A stretch of 64,000 bases of DNA from Fidelibacterota bacterium (GTDB lineage Bacteria > Fidelibacterota > Marinisomatia > Marinisomatales > Marinisomataceae), in NCBI GenBank assembly GCA_965212055.1, contig OZ243041.1:672001-736000 (forward strand). The letters run 5' to 3'. The position numbers and the translations under genes were made by a program. Below, piece after piece: positions 59,527 to 64,000 of the stretch (positions are counted from its first letter, which is position 1; each line of letters begins with the position of its first letter). Under the pieces are notes generated by a model, which worked only from the letters and a program-made list of their open reading frames with translations, was not told where the DNA came from and did not search any database.

Positions 59527-60399
59527 TTATAGTAGTTTTCTTACAAATTTTTTCGCTAAGGCTAAATCTTTTTTTCTCTCTGTTGAACTGTAATTCTTGT
59601 TAGCAAATTTAACTGAATCAATACGCTCTAATAAATCTGTTAAATCTCGATCATTAAAGAATTTGTTTAGTTCAACTGAAGTCATCTCATGGGCAATAAT
59701 ATAGTATTCATTTTGTATATATTCTTTTAAAGCTTTAGATAAAGATTCATAGAATTTTATAGATGATGTATTGCCTGATATAATCTTACTCATTGCTTCG
59801 ATGGCATCTTTTTTTGGATCCTGATTAAAAAGTCTTATTCTGAAAAATGGCCTTTTCCTATCTCGGTTATTCCATAAATAAATAGCACAGAACAATAGAC
59901 ATATAATCATAAATAAAATAATCAACTTCTTATAATTATATGGGAGCTCAACTTCCTTTATTGGTTTATCAGGTTGAATCTCCGTTAAATCTCCATCAGA
60001 AAGAGAAGATCTAACGTTAATATCAACATAATCGCTATTATATGTTTCTGATATGGTCGAGTCATTGGGATTGACCGTTAAAAAATAGGGTGGAATAATT
60101 GTTTTTCCTGTATCCCAAAATGTTATTTCAAAATTTAAAGAATAGGAATTTTCTGATGAATCAATTGTAGTGCTCTTTATAAATACCCTTGAAGAATCAG
60201 AAATCCAAACAGAAGAATCTGCCCAACCTTGTTCAAGGATTGTATAATTTTTTTCTAAATTATTAACACTAATATCAAAAGATACAGGATAGCCAATCTC
60301 AACATTAAGAGTATCAACAGAATAACTAAAAGGGATATCATCATCAATACTGGAACAACTACAAAGGAGTATTAAAAATAATATATAGAAGCGTTTCAT
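59527..60399 (-). CDS. MoxR-associated membrane lipoprotein (third gene of Bat-type operons)
   Basis: Lipobox-like LCSC, FWDTG...IPP, TM helix, HEMTS.EL and VKFA C-terminal motif; follows DUF58. Confidence 0.65.
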   Translation of the reverse strand: MKRFYILFLILLCSCSSIDDDIPFSYSVDTLNVEIGYPVSFDISVNNLEKNYTILEQGWADSSVWISDSSRVFIKSTTIDSSENSYSLNFEITFWDTGKTIIPPYFLTVNPNDSTISETYNSDYVDINVRSSLSDGDLTEIQPDKPIKEVELPYNYKKLIILFMIICLLFCAIYLWNNRDRKRPFFRIRLFNQDPKKDAIEAMSKIISGNTSSIKFYESLSKALKEYIQNEYYIIAHEMTSVELNKFFNDRDLTDLLERIDSVKFANKNYSSTERKKDLALAKKFVRKLL

Positions 60400-60402
60400 T
60401 GA

Positions 60403-61281
60403 CTATATACGTTTTGCTCTTCTCTTAAAAAAATGAGTCAATATCTTAATATAATCTTGATTGGTTCCAATTTGAATTAAGTCAAATCCAATATTTTTAC
60501 AATTTTGAGAAAATTCTTCTAGTTTCTGCGTAAAATTTTTCGAAAAATTTAATCGAGTTTTCTTCTTTGAAGTATCTATCCAAACTTTTTCTCCTGATTC
60601 AGAATCATGAACCTCTACTAGACCAAGATTAGGAAATTCTTTCTCGAAAAGATCATAGATTTGAATCCCAATCAAATCATGTTTAAAGTTTAAATGTTTT
60701 ATTTCAGGCCAAAAATTATCATCTACAAAATCTGAAATAAGGAAAATAACGCTTTTTCTATTAGAAATTTTATTAGCAAACTCAAGCGCATTTTTTATAG
60801 AAGTTTTATTCTGATCTTGGCTATAATTATAATTAACTAAATCAGTTATTAATCTTAACACATGAGATTTTCCTTTTTTCGGAGGTATATATTTATTTAC
60901 ATCATCACTAAATAAAATAAGTCCAACTTTATCATTGTTTTTGATAGCAGAAAATCCAAGAACAGAAGCTATTTCAATTCCTAAATCAATTTTTAACGCA
61001 CTTTTAGAACCAAATACTCCTGAACTACTAACATCGATAAGAAGCAGAACAGTTAATTCGCGTTCTTCTTCAAAAACCTTAATATAAGGTTTTCCAGTTC
61101 TTGCAGTTACGTTCCAATCAATAAACCTTATGTCATCACCTGGTTGATATTCTCTTACTTCAGAAAAAGTCATGCCACGGCCTTTAAAGTTGGAATGATA
61201 ATCTCCTCCAAAAAAATCATTAACAAGATTTTTTGTTCTGATTTCAATTTGTCGAACTTTTTTTAGAATGTCTTTAGACAT
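60403..61281 (-). CDS. DUF58 domain protein
   Basis: FKGRGMTFSEVREYQPGDDIRFIDWNVTAR, EEERE, DVSSS, ISDF; start moved to 61281. Confidence 0.93.
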   Translation of the reverse strand: MSKDILKKVRQIEIRTKNLVNDFFGGDYHSNFKGRGMTFSEVREYQPGDDIRFIDWNVTARTGKPYIKVFEEERELTVLLLIDVSSSGVFGSKSALKIDLGIEIASVLGFSAIKNNDKVGLILFSDDVNKYIPPKKGKSHVLRLITDLVNYNYSQDQNKTSIKNALEFANKISNRKSVIFLISDFVDDNFWPEIKHLNFKHDLIGIQIYDLFEKEFPNLGLVEVHDSESGEKVWIDTSKKKTRLNFSKNFTQKLEEFSQNCKNIGFDLIQIGTNQDYIKILTHFFKRRAKRI

Positions 61282-61285
61282 GGTG

Positions 61286-62281
61286 TTATGGTACAGATAT
61301 TTCTTTAAACAATTGATCGATGATTTCTTCAGAAGTGATTTCTTCTGCTTCTGCTTCATAAGACAAGAGTATTCTATGCCTCAAAATATCTTTTCCTATG
61401 TATCTTATGTCTTCTGGGATTACATATCCTCTTCCATTAATAAATGCATTAGCTTTTGCAGCTAACACTAAATTAATAGATGCTCTCGGAGAAGCTCCGA
61501 AATTAATTAAGTCTTTGAGGTTTGTAAGTTTATATTTTTCAGGATTTCTTGTAGCAAATACAATATTTAGTATATAATCAAGAATCTTAGGAGAAATATG
61601 AATTTCATTTACAAGTGATTGTGCATCTAAAACTTTTTTACAATTCACTATTGACTTTAGTTTGGTGTCTAGATTTGTTTTTGCCACTCTATCCAAAATC
61701 TCTTTCTCTTCATCAATTGATGGATAATCAACTAGGACTTTTAACATAAACCTGTCAACTTGAGCTTCGGGAAGCGGATAGGTACCTTCTTGCTCAATGG
61801 GATTTTGAGTAGCTAACACTAAGAAAGGAAGATCTAACTTAAATGTCTTTTCCCCAATAGTAACCTGTCTTTCTTGCATTGATTCCAACAAAGCACTCTG
61901 AACTTTGGAAGGTGCTCTATTTATTTCATCAGCTAAAATAATATTGGAAAAAATTGGTCCTTTTTTTGTCAAAAAATCACCTGTTTTCTGATTATAGATC
62001 AATGTTCCAATTAAATCAGCAGGTAACATATCAGGCGTGAATTGAATTCTCTTAAAATCAGCATTAATTAGATTAGCAATAGTATTAATTGTAAGAGTTT
62101 TTGCAAGACCAGGTACTCCTTCAAGTAAAATATGCCCATTGGAGATAATAGAGATTAAGATCTTATTAATCAGCTCATCTTGACCAACAATCACCTTGCC
62201 AATACCTTTTTTAAGATCTAAAACAAATTTTGATTGTTTTTCTATCTTTTTATTCAATGAATCTAATGAGGTTTTATCCAT
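61286..62281 (-). CDS. moxR: MoxR family AAA+ ATPase
   Basis: EGVPGLAKT, RIQFTPDMLPAD, DEINRAP, ATQNPIEQEGTYPLPEAQVDRF, GASPRA; start moved to 62281. Confidence 0.95.
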   Translation of the reverse strand: MDKTSLDSLNKKIEKQSKFVLDLKKGIGKVIVGQDELINKILISIISNGHILLEGVPGLAKTLTINTIANLINADFKRIQFTPDMLPADLIGTLIYNQKTGDFLTKKGPIFSNIILADEINRAPSKVQSALLESMQERQVTIGEKTFKLDLPFLVLATQNPIEQEGTYPLPEAQVDRFMLKVLVDYPSIDEEKEILDRVAKTNLDTKLKSIVNCKKVLDAQSLVNEIHISPKILDYILNIVFATRNPEKYKLTNLKDLINFGASPRASINLVLAAKANAFINGRGYVIPEDIRYIGKDILRHRILLSYEAEAEEITSEEIIDQLFKEISVP

Positions 62282-63611
62282 TCTCTTTCTCAAATAAATT
62301 ATGTTTTAATTCAAACTCACTATCTTTTAATGGAGTTAAAAATCCATTACTTTTTTTAATATTAACTTTTCCTTTTAAATCTAATACATTTTGCCCAGTA
62401 ATTGTTACCAATAAGTCAGCAATACCATTAAGATTAGTATTCTCCAGCAAGGCAAAATAGATATTACTTCCATTTACGATTAAATTAAACTTTGGTTCCA
62501 GAATATTGCTAAAATCTATAGGTCCTCCAACTTGAAGATTAGGTACATCTTGATATTTGAATTTAACTTTCGGATTGGTAACTGTACCTGTAAGATCAAT
62601 CGATCCAATATTTTCTTTTATATACAATTTTACATTAAAATTTCTAATCGGCTCTGGTTTGAGATCTGCAGGAAATTTATTTAAATACATTCTGCTATTT
62701 TTAATGATCAACTCTGCATTTTTTATCCCCAAATCTTCTTCATCTATAATCCAACGTAATTTGTCTTTCTCCTTCCAGCTTTTAGCACTAAGACAGATAG
62801 AAAAATCAACTTCTTCTTTTTCATCTTGAATAGAATCAATTTCGTCAAAAAAAGTACTTAGATAGTTAGCTTTAAAATCATCTCCAGCTTTTGCATAAAG
62901 ACTAAAGGAAGTAAGCAATGGATTGGATTGTCCTGTTTTCTTATTATACGTTCCTTTTATAAAAAATTCTCCAGAAAAATTTACTAACGTTAAACTATCA
63001 TCGACTATATAGGCACCATCTGAAGGAACTAATGAACAATCTGTTTTTTCTCCAATTTCTATTCGGAAATCAGTATTGCTATAAGGTAGCGGAGTATATC
63101 CGTCTTGTTTTTCTTTATATAGTATTTCAGAAAAATTTGACATTGATTCGATAAAATCATCAATATATTTTATATCTATAGTAACATTTTTGAGTTTTAC
63201 ATCAACGTATTCACTAGAAATACATGGACGAGGATATTGTTTTATATTTTGACCCAATAATACAGTTTTTATAAAGAAAGAGATAAGGTCTAAAGGTCTA
63301 TAACATCCTGTCATTTCAATAGGCGATTTTACATTTACAACAGTTCTGTATTTATCACCATCTTTTACCTTAATAGTCAGATTTTCTGACATAATATCAA
63401 CTACAATACTAGAAAAACCTGACTCAGAGACAATGTATTCAGCAGTAATAATAGGGCTTTCATATTGAAAAGTATAATTTTCGATTGAAAAAGAATCAGG
63501 AATATCTGTATAGCCATTGTTAGAAATTTCCTTGAACGAAGAAAATAACATCACAGAAAGGGATAAAAAGAGTATTATAACTAAGAGAAATAAGTTTCTA
63601 AGCAGTCTCAT
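62274..63611 (-). CDS. Hypothetical membrane-anchored beta-rich protein, weakly TamB/AsmA-like
   Basis: N-terminal TM anchor; C-terminal alternating beta strands (LTGTVTNPKV, ADLLVTITG, LKGKVNI). Confidence 0.55.
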   Translation of the reverse strand: MRLLRNLFLLVIILFLSLSVMLFSSFKEISNNGYTDIPDSFSIENYTFQYESPIITAEYIVSESGFSSIVVDIMSENLTIKVKDGDKYRTVVNVKSPIEMTGCYRPLDLISFFIKTVLLGQNIKQYPRPCISSEYVDVKLKNVTIDIKYIDDFIESMSNFSEILYKEKQDGYTPLPYSNTDFRIEIGEKTDCSLVPSDGAYIVDDSLTLVNFSGEFFIKGTYNKKTGQSNPLLTSFSLYAKAGDDFKANYLSTFFDEIDSIQDEKEEVDFSICLSAKSWKEKDKLRWIIDEEDLGIKNAELIIKNSRMYLNKFPADLKPEPIRNFNVKLYIKENIGSIDLTGTVTNPKVKFKYQDVPNLQVGGPIDFSNILEPKFNLIVNGSNIYFALLENTNLNGIADLLVTITGQNVLDLKGKVNIKKSNGFLTPLKDSEFELKHNLFEKENG

Positions 63612-63649
63612 TGCTTTTGAAACTAATAATTAATAGCATAATAAAAAAT

Positions 63650-63736
63650 CTAATCTTCTTCTACAACTTCAAAATCAGCGTCTTCTATTTTTTTATCGTC
63701 TTTTACCTTGCCAGTATCCTGTTTTGAATCTGGTTG
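63650..63736 (-). pseudogene. dnaK: Displaced native 3' end of dnaK (QPDSKQDTGKVKDDKKIEDADFEVVEED*)
   Basis: Encodes the canonical DnaK tail DADFEVV but is cut off from the upstream frame by a stop-containing 62-bp insertion. Confidence 0.75.
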
Positions 63737-63798
63737 CTAAAAATTTTCATTAGTCAGTCGTCTTTTACCTTGCCAGTATCCTGTTTTGAATCTGGTTG
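63696..63798. repeat. Perfect 41-bp direct repeat (63696-63736, 63758-63798) flanking a 21-nt unique insert
   Basis: tcgtcttttaccttgccagtatcctgttttgaatctggttg twice; insert ctaaaaattttcattagtcag. Confidence 0.97.
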
Positions 63799-64000
63799 AG
63801 GTGCATCGCCTGCATCTTTAGAAGATTGATACATACTGGAAGCTTTTGTATTCCAAACAGAATTTAAATTCTCAATTCCTGCTTTAATATCATCAACATT
63901 GGTTGAGGTATTTGCTTCTTTTAGCTTATCTAATGCATCATTTAGATCTTTTTTATCATCATCAGTTAATTTATCATCTAGTTCTTTCATTTGTTTTTCT
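63754..64000 (-). CDS. dnaK: Chaperone DnaK, 3' portion (continues beyond the window; premature TGA in the insert)
   Basis: EKQMKELDDKL...LKEA....DDIK....L..VW....MYQ lid helices; downstream DADFEVVEED tail. Confidence 0.9.
   Translation of the reverse strand, partial: EKQMKELDDKLTDDDKKDLNDALDKLKEANTSTNVDDIKAGIENLNSVWNTKASSMYQSSKDAGDAPQPDSKQDTGKVKDD

Noticed and set aside
1389..62829. Short alternative-frame and antisense ORFs in the track (e.g. 1389-1604, 6402-6755, 9275-9694, 24662-25003, 53978-54259, 62557-62829)
   Set aside because: They lie within well-supported genes and have no recognisable motifs; they are shadow ORFs.
63737..63757. Insert resembles a spliceosomal intron 3' end (CTAAT...TTTTTAG)
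   Set aside because: Bacterial context and no 5' GT donor at the junction; the resemblance is expected by chance in AT-rich DNA.
63696..63798. Repeat-spacer-repeat as a minimal CRISPR array
   Set aside because: The repeat is dnaK coding sequence, is not palindromic, has only two copies, the spacer is shorter than the repeat, and no cas genes are present.

Overview
AT-rich, very compact bacterial chromosome segment with few intergenic bases and many overlapping stop/start junctions. Several features point to the FCB group, most plausibly a streamlined marine lineage such as Marinimicrobia (inference, not a database result): a Bacteroidota-type short primary sigma factor, a protease with a Por/T9SS-FlgD-type tail, and the gene orders rplM-rpsI-rpsB-tsf-frr and efp-accB-accC-gcvH. 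Content is mostly housekeeping and metabolic: alaS, three-subunit transhydrogenase, an EF-G paralog, pepA, der, a lipid/acyl-CoA cluster, a TonB-dependent receptor, an M43 protease, fused indolepyruvate:ferredoxin oxidoreductase, class II RNR, pyrBC, miaA, xerD, a MoxR module and the 3' end of dnaK. I see no rRNA, tRNA, CRISPR array, transposase or prophage. Most notable observations: (1) a TAnnTT box 5-8 nt before many SD-less start codons, suggesting widespread leaderless mRNAs; (2) an exact 41-bp duplication flanking a 21-nt insert that truncates dnaK; (3) virus-type DNA-processing genes embedded in housekeeping operons (PD-(D/E)XK exonuclease coupled to RmuC and a 2-TM peptide; an orphan Gp157); (4) a multi-hairpin nrdJ leader; (5) an ACAD10/11- or Lva-like kinase-dehydrogenase module with a probable AUU start; (6) a recent DNA-level duplication between the two halves of an MFS transporter. 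All family calls come from motif recognition, not searches.
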